Shown piece after piece: positions 1-14,185 of a stretch of DNA of 64,000 nt; position 1 is the stretch's first letter, and each line of letters opens with the position of its first letter. Source of the DNA: Paraspadella gotoi. Lineage: Eukaryota; Animalia; Chaetognatha. Below the pieces are notes generated by a model. That model saw only the letters and a list, made by a program, of their open reading frames with translations, searched no databases and was not told the DNA's origin. The stretch covers positions 20,368,966 to 20,432,965 of the forward strand of contig CM119265.1 of the NCBI GenBank assembly GCA_051294375.1, read 5' to 3'. A program made the position numbers and the translations under genes.

Positions 1-105
1 CCGCCTGATGCTGGAGGCCTCGGGAGGTGCCTTTCCTCGCAGCGGCGGTCGAACGTGTTTAGGACGACCTTCGCTGCCGACAGGACGGACGTGCAACTCT
101 TATGA
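1..105 (+). pseudogene. 3' end of the last calaxin-like exon (noisy copy running off the window start)
   Basis: ctgatgctggag...cctcgggaggtg...aactcttatga matches about 20952-21053 with insertions. Confidence 0.6.
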
Positions 106-907
106 GAGGCGAGTCGCATCGGTACGGGGATCGACGGGATTGCTTAATCGAAAGGCCCGCTATCAATATTGATGATAATCAAGAATAATAAAGTATTAAG
201 TGGAAAACAATCCTGATGAGCTTGGAAAGCGATGCAAAAACAAATGGTATGTAGCTGATTATCGAAATGGGCTCTGAAAACGGCGCGCGAAACATGTTCT
301 TCTTTTCCCCTTCTCTCCTCTCTCTCTCTCTCTCTCGATCTCGTCCATCCTCTCTCTCATCCTCTCTCCTCTCTTCTCTCTCTCTCTCTCTCTCTTCTCT
401 CTACTCCTCCTCTCCTTTCTCTCTCTCCTCTCTCTCGTCTTAAAAAAGGACACTTTGGTTTTATTTCAGAAGCTGTATTCTGCCGTTTCTCGTATCTTCT
501 CCGACTTTTGCGGTCGTCGTCGTCCGTCGATATGAAACTGCACCAAAAGTAGTCCCATGACCCCAGCGCTCACCAACCACCCCACTCCATTTCTCGCCCT
601 CTGCTGTCAAAGACGAGCGCCCAACTGAGACACGAATGGGGGAAGGAGGAAGAGAGCAGAGGAGAGGAGGCAGGAGGAGGAGGAAATAAGGAAAATCATC
701 ATGATTGTCATTCATTGCGGGGGAGAAAAGGGGGGGGGAAGGAAGGGATGGAGTCTGTCGATGAAAGAAGGAAGAGGAAATATTAAAAGGTGAGGAGAGA
801 TGGACATTATGGACGGAAGAGGGAAATGAAAAAAGTAAAGAAGGAAAAATAGAAGAATATCGAATTTAAAGTAAGAAATGAAAGAGAGAGAGAGAGAGAG
901 AAGAGAG

Positions 908-939
<32 letters not shown>

Positions 940-3900
940 CAGAACAGAGACAGAGACAGAGACAGGGGGATTACAGAGAGAGATTGTACTATGAATAATT
1001 ACGAGAGAAACCAAAAATATTCTAAAATGAAAAAAAATCTATGTTCCCAACAAATTAAGGATAGAAAAAATATGAAAGAGATAAGGGGTAGAGACCAGGA
1101 TAAAAAGGGGAGGTTCGTCTACGTCGCCCGCGTTTTATCGCCGTCCGAGGCGCCACTTCTACAATAGAATGGAATACGGTGAATTGTGACGGAGTGAAAG
1201 AGTTTAGAAAGTAGTGGGAGTTTAGGAGAGAAGGCGGAGAAAGTGTTACGAATGGGGGAGCGAAAGCAGAGGGTGGAAGGAAAGAAGTAAGGAGAAAGTA
1301 GGAAGAAAGAAAGAAAGAAAGTAAAGAAGAAAAAAGAAAGAAAGAAAAAATGAAAAAAAAGAAAGAAAAAAAAGAAGGAAAGAAAGAAAGAAGGAAAGAA
1401 AGAAAAAGCGGACGGAGCGAGCAAAAAAAAAGGGGAGCGAGAGAGATAAGCAAGCGATTCCGGAAATATGAACCCATGATAATCGGAATGTCGCCCGTTT
1501 GAAGAGTGGAATCGTGATGGAGGCGGAGGAGGTTAGGGGCGTGGAAGGTGGTGCGGTGGCGATCGTGTTGATCTGATAGGGGCAAGCGAAGGCGAATGGA
1601 TGTGTGGGGGCATAAGAGTGAAAGGACTTTTAATGGGTTGGAAGCGAGATGGGAGAAAAGCGAAAGGAAGAAAGGAAGGTAAAAGGAAAGAGGGTAAGGG
1701 GTTTAGGGAGTGAAGGATTTAAAAGTCGATACTGGATAAGAAAAAAAAATGGCGGCGTAAAAGAGAAGATGTTGGAGAGCTGGAATAGTGAGAAATAGAA
1801 AACAAAAGAGCGGAAGAGAAAGGGCAAGAGAGAAAGAGAAGGAAAGATAAGATATGAAAAACATTTTTTTGGGGAAGAAAAAGATTTAAAAAAAAAGGAA
1901 GCTTGTCACGGAGGGTCGCCTGAGAGAGACGACTGGACGAAAAAGTCTTTATGACTGTGAAGTGTGATTATAAAATTTTTAAAAAATTAATTAGACCGAG
2001 TTATATAAACAGAGCAATGCCAATAAAAAATACGATAAATCATTAAACAAAATGACAATAATAGCTAAAACCTTAGAAACGTAAATAGCGAAAAAACAAG
2101 AAAAAGCAGAATAGTCAAATTTAATAATTACTTAATTTGAGATCTAATATGCATGATACGAATAAAAAAATAATGTAGAAACCAACTGGTAAATTCTATA
2201 CAATTTTATTAAATTATCTTCAATCGTATTCAATTGTATCCAATTGTCATGCCTTTATTAGGTTTAAAAAATTGTAGATATAAATCGATTGAGGGAAAGC
2301 GACGTTAACGTTTATTAATGTCAATAATCACTGTAGTAAAAGATAGTGAGGGATTTAAACTTTCGTTTGATTCGGTGTCGGTAGAGGGGCGAGACGGGAG
2401 GGGGGGGGGAAGGGGGTAAGACGGTTCGAACTTCGAAGAAGAACGTTTGATGTTTGATTTATGGCAGACAAGTTGGCGAGAGCGGACGAGCGTGAGAGAA
2501 GAGGATGGAGAGGAGAGATAGAGAGGGAGATAGAGAAGGAGAGAGAGTTAAGGTCGATCAGGGGTCCGTGGGGAAGAGGAACGCTGGTGAGACTTGAGAG
2601 GGAGCATGGCATGGTCGAGAGGCCCTCCGCCGCCGCATGATGAGATAATGAATCCGTATGCATGGGGAGTTAAAGGGAGAAGCGCATTTGCATTTTAAAC
2701 TTTCCCATGACGCTCGCGAAGATAACGAAGTAATTTTCGCCGCTTTCTCTGCTTGCTTTCTTGCTTGCTTGCTTTCTAGCTTGCACTTGCTTGCTTCTTA
2801 CATCTCATTTCTTTCTTGCTTTCTTTCTTTTCTTTTTACATAGTTTTTTCTTCTTTTCTTTCTTTCCTTTCTTTCTTTCTTTCTTTTCTTATCTTCTTTT
2901 TTCTTTTTTATCTTTCTTCTTTTCTCTTTTCTTTTTCTTTCTATTTTATTTCCTTTCTTCCTCGTTCTTTTCTTTGTTATTTGATTTTCTTCTTTTATCT
3001 TCTTGTTTTTTCCTTTTTTTTTTCTTCCTTTTTTTCTTTTTTATTTTCTTTCTTCATTTGCATTCTTTTCTGTTTCTTTTTTTTCTTTTATTGCTTTCCT
3101 CTCTTTTCTTTCTTTCTTTCTTTCTTTTTTTATTTCTTTATTTCCCTTCTCTTATATATGTTGTTCTTTCTTTCCTTCCCTCCTCTCTCTTTTTTTTTCT
3201 CTTTTTCTGTCTTTCTGATTCTTTCTCTCTTTTTCTTTTCCTCATTTTTCTTAGTCTTTTTCTTCCATTTTTTTGGGGTCGATTTCTCATCTTCTTTTTC
3301 ATATTCTTTTCATTTCTTTTCAATTTCCCTTTCTTTCCAGGCCATTTTCGAGTTTTTTTTCTCTTTAAATTCCTACCTCCTCTCCTCCTTACCATCTCCC
3401 TTCTCCATCTTACGCTTTCTCCGCCTCCTTGCGGCCTCCGTCTTCGCTTTTCGTATTCACATTTCCTTTCCTTTTCCCTGTCTCAGTAAATTTCATTAAC
3501 TTTTGTCATTTATTCCTTTTTTGTTCCTTTCATATGTTTATTCATTTCGTTTTGAAAATGGTTTCCTTTCAACTCGGTTTTTTTTTCCTCTGCGAAGGCA
3601 GTTTTGATTATGGTTCCCGTAAATGCTGGTTCTTTTGGTTAATTCGTCGTGTCGTCGTTTCGTCCTCGTCATAAGTAATGTTCGACAGTTAATAAGTTAA
3701 TATAATTTATAGTATTACAAGTCTTTATCTGTCGTGGTAATTTGGAAATTTGGCGGCAATTACAACGTCTTTTACGACTTGTCGCTCTTTCGCATTTTGA
3801 GGCGTTCATTTCGTAGCTGGAGAGCCTTGGTTCCTTCTTTTGCTAGCATTGCTTGTATCGAGACACGGTGTTAGAATCCAGAAAGAGTTAGGGATGATCC

Positions 3901-5466
3901 CTTCATCCGTAGTGGGATGAGCTGAGAAAGTAATTTATGATTAAATATATTATTCATATTCGCGTTCAACTGATCTTTTTTTTTAAATTTTGGAAAACGT
4001 AATATTTTATTCATTCTTGTATAAAGTTTATTAAAAAATGTAAAACTTTCCTCTTTAAGAAAAGGAGAGTACGTTTTTGTCGTCATCGTAAGTTGGTCAT
4101 TTTCGTCAGATCGTCAATCGTCATCTCTTCGTCATCGTGACTGACTTCTCCGCACGACATTCGCAATCATCGGCGCCGTCCGTAAATTACTTAATTTCGT
4201 TATAACTCGACTCGATTCGATATATGTCCCGTTTTTTTCAAATACAGACTAATTCTCGGCAAGTTCCGACGGAGTCGGTCATCGTCGTTCGTCGTCAATC
4301 TCGTCGTCGGTAATCGTCGGCAGGGATCGTTAAAGCCTCCGGGAATCAAGGATTGGTAGCGGATGGGCGCCGTTAGCTCTCAGTTCCTTCTATTACCATA
4401 AAGAAATACTCCTCAAGCTAAAAGTGTTTTTTTTTTTGCGGTCGGAGAACGCGAATCAATACTTTTGTATATATTTAACCTTGTAAAATGAATATGTGGG
4501 ATTACTGACAAGGACGCTCTCCTTCTCTCCTCTTTCTTCTCTCCTCTTTTCTTTTTCCTCTGCTCGTAGTCTTTCTCCTCTCTCTCTCTCTTCTCTCTCT
4601 CCGTCCCCTCTCTCTCTTCCTCTCTCTCTCCTCTCTCGTCTCTCGTCATCCTCTCTCAGCTCTCTCTTCTCTCCTCTCTCTCTCTCTCCTCTTAACCCTT
4701 TTAAAAAAAGTTTGCGCAAAAATTTTCCGCTCCTTTGAACCCCATCTAATCCAAATCGGGCTTTGATAAATTGCCGCGACCTGACTCCACCGCAATTTTT
4801 GCAAGATCGTTCGCGGGTGAAATAAGAGTCTCATCTTCTTCTCGGGTCGCCTAAATTCACGCCGAAATTGGCCCAAAAAATCGGGCGCGCTCATGTTTTC
4901 GGCGGTGCCAACGGAGGCGGCGCCTTAACTTCAGTACCCTGCTCAATGGATACGATCTTTTTTATAACTATCGAGTTCTTTTGTTCGAACTCTTTTGAAA
5001 AAAAAATCCTCTATCTCTCTCCGGCCGGCCGATCGAACCAGGAGCCCTTCCTTCAAGTCTGCAGTTTAGGTCCAGCTCGTTTTTTGCTTATTTCAATCTT
5101 TTTTTTTGGGAGATGTCAATTACACTATTTCTATTTCCTCACTCTCTCTCTCAATCTCTCTCTTTCTCGCTTTCTTTTCTCTTTCTCCCATTTTCTTTCT
5201 TTTAATATCGTTTTTCTTTTTCTCTTTTCTCTTTTTTTCTTCCTCCATGGTCCCAGCCCAGCGGGTCGTTCTGCCCCTTTGCTGTTCATAAAATCACGCT
5301 CTCTTCAGCGTGATGACTCTGTCTCTGTCTCTCGGAGCTTCCAGCCCGCTCGCGATCTTCCTCCGCTTTCCTTCCTCTCCTCTCCTCCCCTTCCCCCTCC
5401 TCTCGCCGCATTCGTCGACCTTTCGCGCATATGTATCTAATTAGCGAAGGAAAGATTCTCTCTCTC

Positions 5467-5497
<31 letters not shown>

Positions 5498-6187
5498 TCT
5501 TCTCTATCCTCTCTCTCCTCTCTCTCTCTCTCTCTCTATCTCTCCTCCATTGATTCCTTCGTCTCTCCTCACCCTCCCCCTCGTAGCGGTCCTCTTCCTC
5601 CTCCGCCTGTCCTTCTTCCTCCTCCTCCTCCTTCTCTTCCCTCTCCTCACTCACGTGAGCGGGCCGGCTTTTTGCCGCTTCTCACCGTTAACGGTTTTCA
5701 CTTCTTTTTCCTCCCACGATTTTCACCGTATAGGATCTTTCAAACACGGCTTTTTCCAGCAACCGTCGCAAAAAAAAGGACATCACAGTGTTTTTTCTCG
5801 CACAAAAGAACAAAAAAATAAAAGAATAAGTAAAAAAAGTCTTTGTATCGAATTTTAAAAAAAGAATATTTAAAAACAGACATCTATATCTGGCTAAAAA
5901 TTTTACGCGAAGAAAAAAAAAACAACTTTCATTATACATATACATATTATTTGCACCGTCGAGTATAGTTAAAAACTGCAACCGGCAAGTTATTACAAAA
6001 AGCCTTACCACCGGCAGCATAGTCGACGAAAACTACACAACCGCGGCAGTATAGTCCTGCAAACCAATCCTTCCAGTAAGTGAGAAGGAAGCAAGAACGT
6101 AACACTTGCGGATAGGAATTTCAGACCCATCGTCGAAAAAAAAAAATCGACAGGAAAAATAAAATAAACAAACATCGATATCACAAC
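1..6187 (+). repeat. Noisy direct duplicate of ~26085-31500 (and ~20952-23043)
   Basis: Colinear landmarks throughout, e.g. ctgtcaaagacgagcg, ttagaatccagaaagagttagggatgatcc and gtttaggtccagctcg. It ends at a 25-N gap. Confidence 0.85.
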
Positions 6188-6212
6188 NNNNNNNNNNNNN
6201 NNNNNNNNNNNN

Positions 6213-9200
6213 GGGCCAGGAATATAACGCAAATAAACGACACCGACCGAGGACCGCACACCGAACAATCTCGACCGACGAGCCACGAACAGTACGATAA
6301 TCCGAACACGGACGGTACGAACGGAAACAAGGACTGATAGAACGAAACAAGCATCGATATGAATGATATAGAACACAATCGATGTAAAAATCTGTAGAGA
6401 CAAGACAGACACTAAAACAGAATAAACAAAGCGCCTCCGACACCATGACCGACCCAACGATGGACCAACCTGCGTCGGCTTCGCCTGAAAAGTTCAACTC
6501 GTCGTCTCGTCGCCATCGCATGTTCCGACGGAAATCCTTATGTTGGTTACACAAAGAATCGTGGCGCAGTCCTGGAACTCGTTTACTAATGGATACCAGA
6601 CGACGGGGCAACGTAGACGCGGTACGGCAGATCCTCAATGAAAGTATGTCGGGGGAGAGATCAAAATTAGGCATTGAAACGGCATCACGAATATTCGCAT
6701 CCTCTTTCGTTTCTTTTCCAGATCCATTTTCTTCTTCTTTTAAGTTCAAGGATCACTGTCCTCGGTTAGTGACGCTTCAGCGAATCGTTCTGCTCTACCG
6801 CACCCTGTTTCTTCCGACCCGCTCCGGAATCTCAGCTGGTACGAAGCACTGGCAGGCTCTAGCCGGGCCGCACACTCGTTAGAGCAGCCGCCTCGTCGTG
6901 CGGGTCCGCGTCCATAGCAGCGATCATCGGTCACGGTTTACGTCTCCCTAGCCTGGTCGCTTGTGATTCTGGTTTCCGCGGTACGGTCCCGACCCGGGTA
7001 CGGAGTCCTTTGGTCGAGTTCCCGGGGTCGGCGGCAGGTATTGTCAACGTTTCGTCATATCCCGACCCTTGTTATCTCCGTGTCGCCTCACTTCGTCATA
7101 ATATCCTGATTGGACCCCGGCTGCCAAAGAACCCGCTGCCACGCTGAAACGCGAGACGCGCATCCCTGCGAGCGGATATGTTTTCTTCGCCGGCGCGTCC
7201 GCCCGAAGGCGTGAGGCCAGAAACTCGGCGGTAACCGAACAAGCGCCGACAGAGGTACACTGACAGACCCACGCCAGGACCCGCGTTCCTCTCTTTTTGC
7301 CCCTGCATCTCGCCGACCTCGTTCTGACTCGGCCCATTTCACGAGGGTCGTCTTTCAACTGTCCCATAAGATCGCGAGCAGTCCGGCTGTCCATCTTCCT
7401 CAAAGGAGCAGCTTATGCTCTGGTCCGCGACCTAGCGCGCGCCGAGTTTTGAAGGGTCGCGCTTCTGGATAGCTCAATATTGCCGACAAAGAAGGATCCT
7501 ATCCTCACCAATGAGGACGAAACCGGCCGGTAGTCTTACATCAGATGATTGTCATAACTCTGAGTCACGATCGTGCGACCACTATACAGCAGCACGTCAA
7601 TTACAAATGAGATAGTGAATTACTTATTAGCATAGCGCAAAAGCATGTGAACCCCATATAACACCTCTTCGATTGTCTTTTTTTTTTTCGAAACGCAGCA
7701 TTAACCTCATTAACCCGCCATCATTCATTTTTTTGCTTTTAGCGCTGCCCCTCAACTGCACTCGCCCGAATAATAACGACGGCTCCGTCTTTTCCTGTCT
7801 CTTGTCTCCATCCTTGCTCCCAAGCTCGCCCCGGAAAATACTTACCTCCATTGGACTCTAAATGCTTTTGCATCGCCAATATCTCCTTTCTCATTAATGG
7901 TGCAAGCGTATCTTTCATCGTGGAAGATCCCAGTACATCATCTCTTCTTGGTGCCACCTTCATTACTTCCATGTACCGCTCTTAGGGTATTATCATACGA
8001 GGTAAATAATCTGCATTTGTTATTACCATGACTGAACAACCGACCCGACGGGAATCCGAAGTACCTTAGTAAAGAGTCAGAGATCGTCTGCATGCCGTGA
8101 TGGATACTTTCGCGACGCACGTTCTACACGACCTTGAATACGCTTTTTGCGAAGACGATGCCTGAACGGCTTCAGTCGCGCGGGAATGTTCTTCTTACTT
8201 GTGAGGCTTTTTTAATATTCATTCTTGTATTTCATATCTCTTTTTAAGCAGGCACACAATATGATAACTGCTCGGCCCCCACCGAACCCAACGCTCTGTC
8301 ACAAAACCCAAGTCCAACCGATTCTTCGACACAAAGACTGACCAACCAAATCCGACAGGTCATACGTAATCGTGCTCCCTTCACGTGACCGGCGAAGCAT
8401 ATTCGAACCCGATATAGACATGATTCAGAAACGGATTTTACCCACTCCAAGTTACCCAGGCACCAAGTGGTCCTGACCGGCAGGGACGGGAATTTGTTCC
8501 GACGAATCGGTTCGGTGTAAAGGTGCAAAATCGCCGACATAATGATTCATTCTTCGACGCTCAATGGTCGAGCAGCCACCACATTCTTCACAATTCTTCC
8601 ACGCTCCAGTTACATGAATAAATCCCATTCAAACTCCCGCTGGTCTGTATCAAACCACTCCACTGCGGCCTTCTTCTATTCGTTCCTGTCGTTCACCCCT
8701 TAATAGGTCGCGACGTGCGTTCACCTAGGTTCTCCACCAGGGTTCAGACGAGACTTACCTCGCTTCGGACGTGTCACGAACGGCGGTAAAACTCTTGAAA
8801 GACTTATTCCAAACAGCCTCTCAGCCTCTTGTGGTCGGAAAAGATCTTTCTGCCTGGCAGCCTGCGTCGGCCGCCGTCAGCCGTCCTCCAAGTCCTGCAG
8901 CACGGGCTTCGTTGGGACAGGTCGGCGCTCTTTCGGTTCTGATCCTGGATCTTCTTTGCTCGATTTCTTGACTTTCTACGTGGTCTTCTTTGCGAACATT
9001 GGGAGGGCGCGATGGACGGCCGTCCACCAGCCACCGGCGCCGCCGATCCAGGTCGAGGGAGTCTCTCATGTCTGCTTGCACTTTTGTTTTGTGCTCGTGT
9101 TGCGACCTTAGTTGTTGCTGGGCGGGTCTTGAGATCTCAACTTCGTCGCTGTTCGGTGACTTCGCGGTGTGGTGTCTGGCTTTTCTTTTCCTTTTTACAT

Positions 9201-10122
9201 CACATTAATCACCATGTCTCTTAAGATTATCGCGGCTGGTCTTCAACGGGGCGGCGAAGGTATTTATGCATCTGCGCTACGGCATGTGCTTCCTGTCTTT
9301 CGTCTGTCGAGTAGATGGCTTGACCGTCTACGTCGGTTTGATCAAGTATCTCCGTATAATCTCCTCGTGACAAGGCGCCGCGGTGTCCTCTTCATGTTTA
9401 ACCGCAGCGGTTCTATCCATCGTGTCCGTTCATCATTTTTTTCTCTTCGGCACTTTAATCAAACGTAACTTCCGGTACAGCGACTGCTTGGGCGGGACTT
9501 CAAGGAAGCCACTTGGTACTCGTATACCATGGCAGTTGGGGCAATTGGGACTGAACAGACAAAGCAATATTTTTAAACAGAACAATGCTTCAGGGCCGGA
9601 ATAAGTAAGTGTTCGCCTTGGTTGAAATTTGCGAGCTCCACAAACGTCTGGACACATCTTTTCGTTGTTTTTTTTTGCAGAGAATTTTGCCTTGTGGCTT
9701 CCGTCACTGAGCGTCATCACCATCTCGCCTCTCTTTCCTCTCTCTCTCCCTGGCTTCTACTACCGCTCTCTCTTCTCTCGACTTCCCTCAAAAGCTACTT
9801 TTGCTCTCTACCTCTCTCTCTCCGACTTTATTCGCCTGTCTGCGCATCCTCCGAGTACCTCTCTCTTCCGTCTCTCCTCTCCACTCAATGCTGCTTCTCT
9901 CTCTACCTCTCTTCTACCTCCCTTCACCACCTCATCTCTCCCTCTATTACTCGAGTTGCGCGAAAAACAATAATCAGTTAAAGCATTGCCCTGTCCTCAA
10001 CTTTCACAACTAGGATACGCTTCCGTATACATACTTCAGTGCCAGTTTTCTGAATTAGAATTAACACGAGTGATTACGGGACATGACAGGAAATATTGAC
10101 CCGTGTGGAGGCGGGCGGACAT
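6213..10122 (-). pseudogene. Very noisy inverted copy of calaxin-like exons 1-4 (raw-read quality)
   Basis: Reverse complements of exon 4 (~6470-6580), exon 3 (from ~7090), exon 2 (~8690-9200) and the ATG region (~10120) are recognisable amid heavy insertions. Confidence 0.55.
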
Positions 10123-10772
10123 GCAAAACGTGGCTACCGAGACTTCGTCGTTCAACGTCCGTTAGACGTTCGAAACGAAACCTAACCTAAGCGGATTCCT
10201 CATTCCTTTATTCCCTTTCCGTTGCCTTTTGTCTCTTTCCTACGCTTTTTCCTTCGATGCGATACCTTCAGTCGAGTAGTCTACCGCCATTAGTAAAGAG
10301 CAAAAATTTTTAACGAACACGAAGACGATTAATTTCGTATTTCGCATTTCTCATTAATATATTCCTTGGGGCTTTGCGCTTGCAGCTTTCGGACGGATCC
10401 GATGCGAAACGAAGGCTCTTGTATCTGTTACATCCGGGAAATGACGGGGTTATTCAATATACATCTCGGAGGATCGAGTTGACAGAATTGGTATAGCATC
10501 AACGCATGCATTCAAAATCTGAGGAGGCGACGACTGTCTATTTGACCGACTTCGAACGAATTATTTATGAATATTACTAACCGTTGATATATTAAACCAA
10601 ACGCTGTCGATTACGTGGAGGAGAATGTAGTGAGACAACTATTTTTTAATTCGTGTAAACATTTGTAAAACAAACGGAGGGGTACGGACGCGATTAACTC
10701 TCTTTCGAACTTGAAAATTGCGACAATTCCATACTGTCGAAAAAAATTGTCTGAATGAATACAAAATTAATT

Positions 10773-10832
10773 GTTAGAGCACGGGACTCTTCAATCCGGG
10801 GTCGTGTCTCGAGCCCACACTTGGGGCGGCAC
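10773..10832 (+). pseudogene. Noisy inverted duplicate of the truncated tRNA-Lys copy
   Basis: gttagagcacgggactcttcaatccggggtcgtg...gagcccacacttggggcg with the same flanks inverted and the same 5' truncation point. Confidence 0.6.
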
Positions 10833-13800
10833 CTGGGAAGAACTTAGATTGGTATTTCTAGCTAAAGGTAGGTTCTCTAACTCGTCTCTCATTAGTGAAA
10901 AGAGGTAGGTGTTAAGGTTGTAGCCGCGATATAACACAAGGAGGAGCAAGGAGCTAACAGTAGAAAAAGGTGAGAGAAGGGAGAAAGGGAGAAAGATGGG
11001 AAAAATCAACGGTTCTCTTTCGCACGTACCGGTGGATGGAGATAAGGACATTCAGAAGTGAGAGTAAATGCCGAATTCGTTCCAGAAACCTCGATAATAC
11101 GTGCGTAGTACTCCTCCGGGGGACGACTGGAAGAGGACGGGTGACTCGGGCGATTTACTTGCAGGGAGTTATGTGACGGATAGATGAGGATGAAGACGAG
11201 GTCAGTTGAGATGATAAGAGGTAGCGAACGGAGAGAGAAAGACGACCAGAGAGAGACGAGAAGAGAGGGAGACGAAAGAGGAGAAGGTGAGACAGGAGAG
11301 GACTGGCGAAGATCGACATCGCAGACTGGAGGTCAGGAGCAGGAGGAGAGGAGCCAAGAGAGAGAAGCCCGAGGTAGAAGAGAGGAATAGATGGAGGTTT
11401 GACGAGAGAGAAGGTGAAGAGTTTTTTTCGGATGCATCCGCTTATCCTGGCGCATCTAGTCTTGTGAAGGTGTAGTGCGTGTTAGCCTGTACCATTCCTA
11501 TTCCTCTTCCGAACTTTCTCTTGACGTGAATCCTGGAAACGCTGGAGAAGAGAAAAACTCTAAGTTTCTCTTTCTCTCAGTTCTCACATGTCGTTCTCCC
11601 ACATCTGTAAATGGATATCCGCCTAAGATCGCTCCTAGGAACGTCCGGAAGACAGGAGAGTACTCTACATCGGAAGGAAAGAGGGGTGAAGAATCACAAT
11701 CTACGGCAATCTTAGCAAATCATCGCACTTCCTCAGCATCTCATTGAGAGGCGAGAGACAGTGGATTAGAGGTGGAAAGCACACTCTATCCCGGAAAATA
11801 AGAGTATATTTGCGCCGAGATTGTAAAGTAAGCGTGAGAGATCATCCGAGCACGGAGGTCAATCGGTGGAAATAGTTCAGAATCAGTGGGAGAGATCCAC
11901 TGTAAGGAAAAGCCGTCAGTAGGAAGGAGTCCGAGGGTGAATCTATCCCTGCCGAGCGCGGTGAAGAACCATGCAAGAAGACAAGAAAAAGCGAGCGCGA
12001 CAGAACGCACCGATGAAGCCTAGAATAGGAGAAAACATAAGGGCAGGAAGAGGCAAAGTGAATTGAGAATAGAAGCGGTGAACATCGGCAACAGGTATTA
12101 GCTGTTCTCATAGAAAATTTCAAAGCAGAACAGGAGGCGCGGAGATGGATAAAAAGCATGAACGGAAAGAAACACAAAGGAAAAAAAGCAAAATATGTAT
12201 TAACGTGCAAAGCGAAAAACACAGATAATACATCTGCTATAATTTCGGCGCAAGGGTGAAAAATTAAAATGTGGCTATCGTCTACCCTTATCAACCCCCC
12301 ACGCCATGCAGCTGTGAGGAAAGCTGACTAAATCATACCCGACGTACGCCTATTCCAAATTACCTTGACGACAGGAGAATATTATCGTGCACCACGCTCT
12401 CTGACCAGCGTCCTCAGTACATACACTCTACTTTCTCAGCCTGACAAAATTGTTGTTTTAATCATGACATTCCACTCTTTGAAGATGTCTTTTAAGGCTT
12501 TCTTTATTTTTGAACAATAAATTCATTAGCTATCTCATTTAAGTTTTCCGCTCGCGAACTCGCTCCTCTTTACCTTAATGATGCAGCGAAAATTAGAAGA
12601 AGCGTCATTGAGAATTAATTACTTCTCGAATCGGACCTTCAAATATTCGCGCGGCGGCAGTATTTCTCTTTAAATAGAGGATTCTCGTAAGTCTTCGCGC
12701 CGACCGAGAGATCCATTAAAGAGATGCCTAAAACCGAAGAGAGACGAAACAAAGAAAACAGCATGCAGGACCAGCATGTCTACATGGTTCAACCTGTCTC
12801 ACCATGCTGATTAAGAGTGAAAATTTCTGCTCGCGAGTTCTGACAACGGCGAAACTTAAAAAGGGAACTGAAAATTTATCACCGTGATTGAAAGAAACTG
12901 AAATGGAATACACAGCAGCGAGACCATTAAGGTGATGGAAGAGGAGTCCTGCATCTGACGCTCACTCTGCTCCATCTTCATCGTCTTCTCTCTCTCTCTC
13001 TCTCTCTCGTACTCTCTCTCTCTTCTCTCTCAGCCGAAAATATCGATATATATAATGAGTCGATTAATTATTAGATATAAAACTATAAACAGAAGCCTGA
13101 TGTTTTTATTTATAAAGAGCTTGCGTAAAGATCTTGAGGGGCGACAAATGGTTTCTAATTATTCTCGGAAACAAGATTTTCTCTTTCCTTTTCGAAAAAG
13201 AAAAAAAAGTGGGATGGGAAAAGGAAGAGAAAAAAAGGAAAGATACAATCGGAGATCTAAAAAGAGAAAGCCAACACAAAAACTGTTCGTATCGTTTTGC
13301 AAGAAGAAGATTTTCTTCTTTTTTCCTAACTTGTTCTATTTTCTTTTTCTTGTAGCTTTTTGTTTTGTATTTATGGAAGAAAATACGAGAGAAGGAAACG
13401 ACCTGTCTCACGTTGATAATAGACGTAAAGTAATTGATTACGCATCCGCTCCCTCCCTCTCATCTCTACCCATAATGCTCTCTCTCGCTTCATTCACTCC
13501 TCTCTGCATCTCTCATACTCTCGATCTCTAGCTCTGCTCGTCATCTCCGTCTTGTTTGCCCGCAGCACGGGAAAAGTTGATGGCGCAGCAAAAAGAGATG
13601 AGTCTGCTGTCTCCCGGCTCGCCTCGGCCAGGTGTCCTCGTATTGGTGTAGGAGTATGTGAGGTGGTCAAGGACCGCCGTCATATCCTCTCTCTCTCCGT
13701 GATTACATGGCAAACTTAGTGCAATCGCTGCGGTCTCTTTTCTCCTCTCTCTCTCTCCTTCTCTGCTCTCTTTCTGCATATTGGTCGTGCTCTCACTCTG

Positions 13801-14150
13801 GTCTCTGCTGCCTCCTCTCTGCTCGAGCTCTCTTTCCTGTCTCCGCTCTCTCTTTATGCGGCGCGTCGGGCGCGGATTGGGGGTCGCACCCGGGTTGGTG
13901 CTTTTTCTCTCTCGCGGCACAACCAAAAAAAAAATAACAAGACGCAGCTGATGCGTGAGACTGCTTAGTTTCTCGGCGCACGTATGTGCACGCAACTGCG
14001 TCGCGACCGCGACCGCCAGGTGCAGCAGCGCCCCACGCAGTTTCGAAAACCGGAAGCGTGAATGGGCCTCATGCGCCATTCCAGTCCGGAGTGATGTTAC
14101 GACCGCCCGCGGGTTGTTATCTATTTACTATCACAACGCGCCAAGTCAGC

Positions 14151-14185
<35 letters not shown>

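Noticed and set aside
259-5860. Long F/L/S-rich and R/E/K-rich ORFs (e.g. 2761-3489), and similar ones at 47736-48488 and 53304-54125
   Set aside because: They are mostly translations of (CT)n/(CTTT)n tracts that lack stop codons. They are not evidence of membrane proteins.
7400-8640. 1.2 kb of unique-looking sequence inside the inverted calaxin copy, resembling a novel insertion
   Set aside because: The matching intron in the clean copy is only 291 bp. There are no TE ends or coherent ORF and it is flanked by raw-read-quality sequence, so it is most likely low-quality basecalls.
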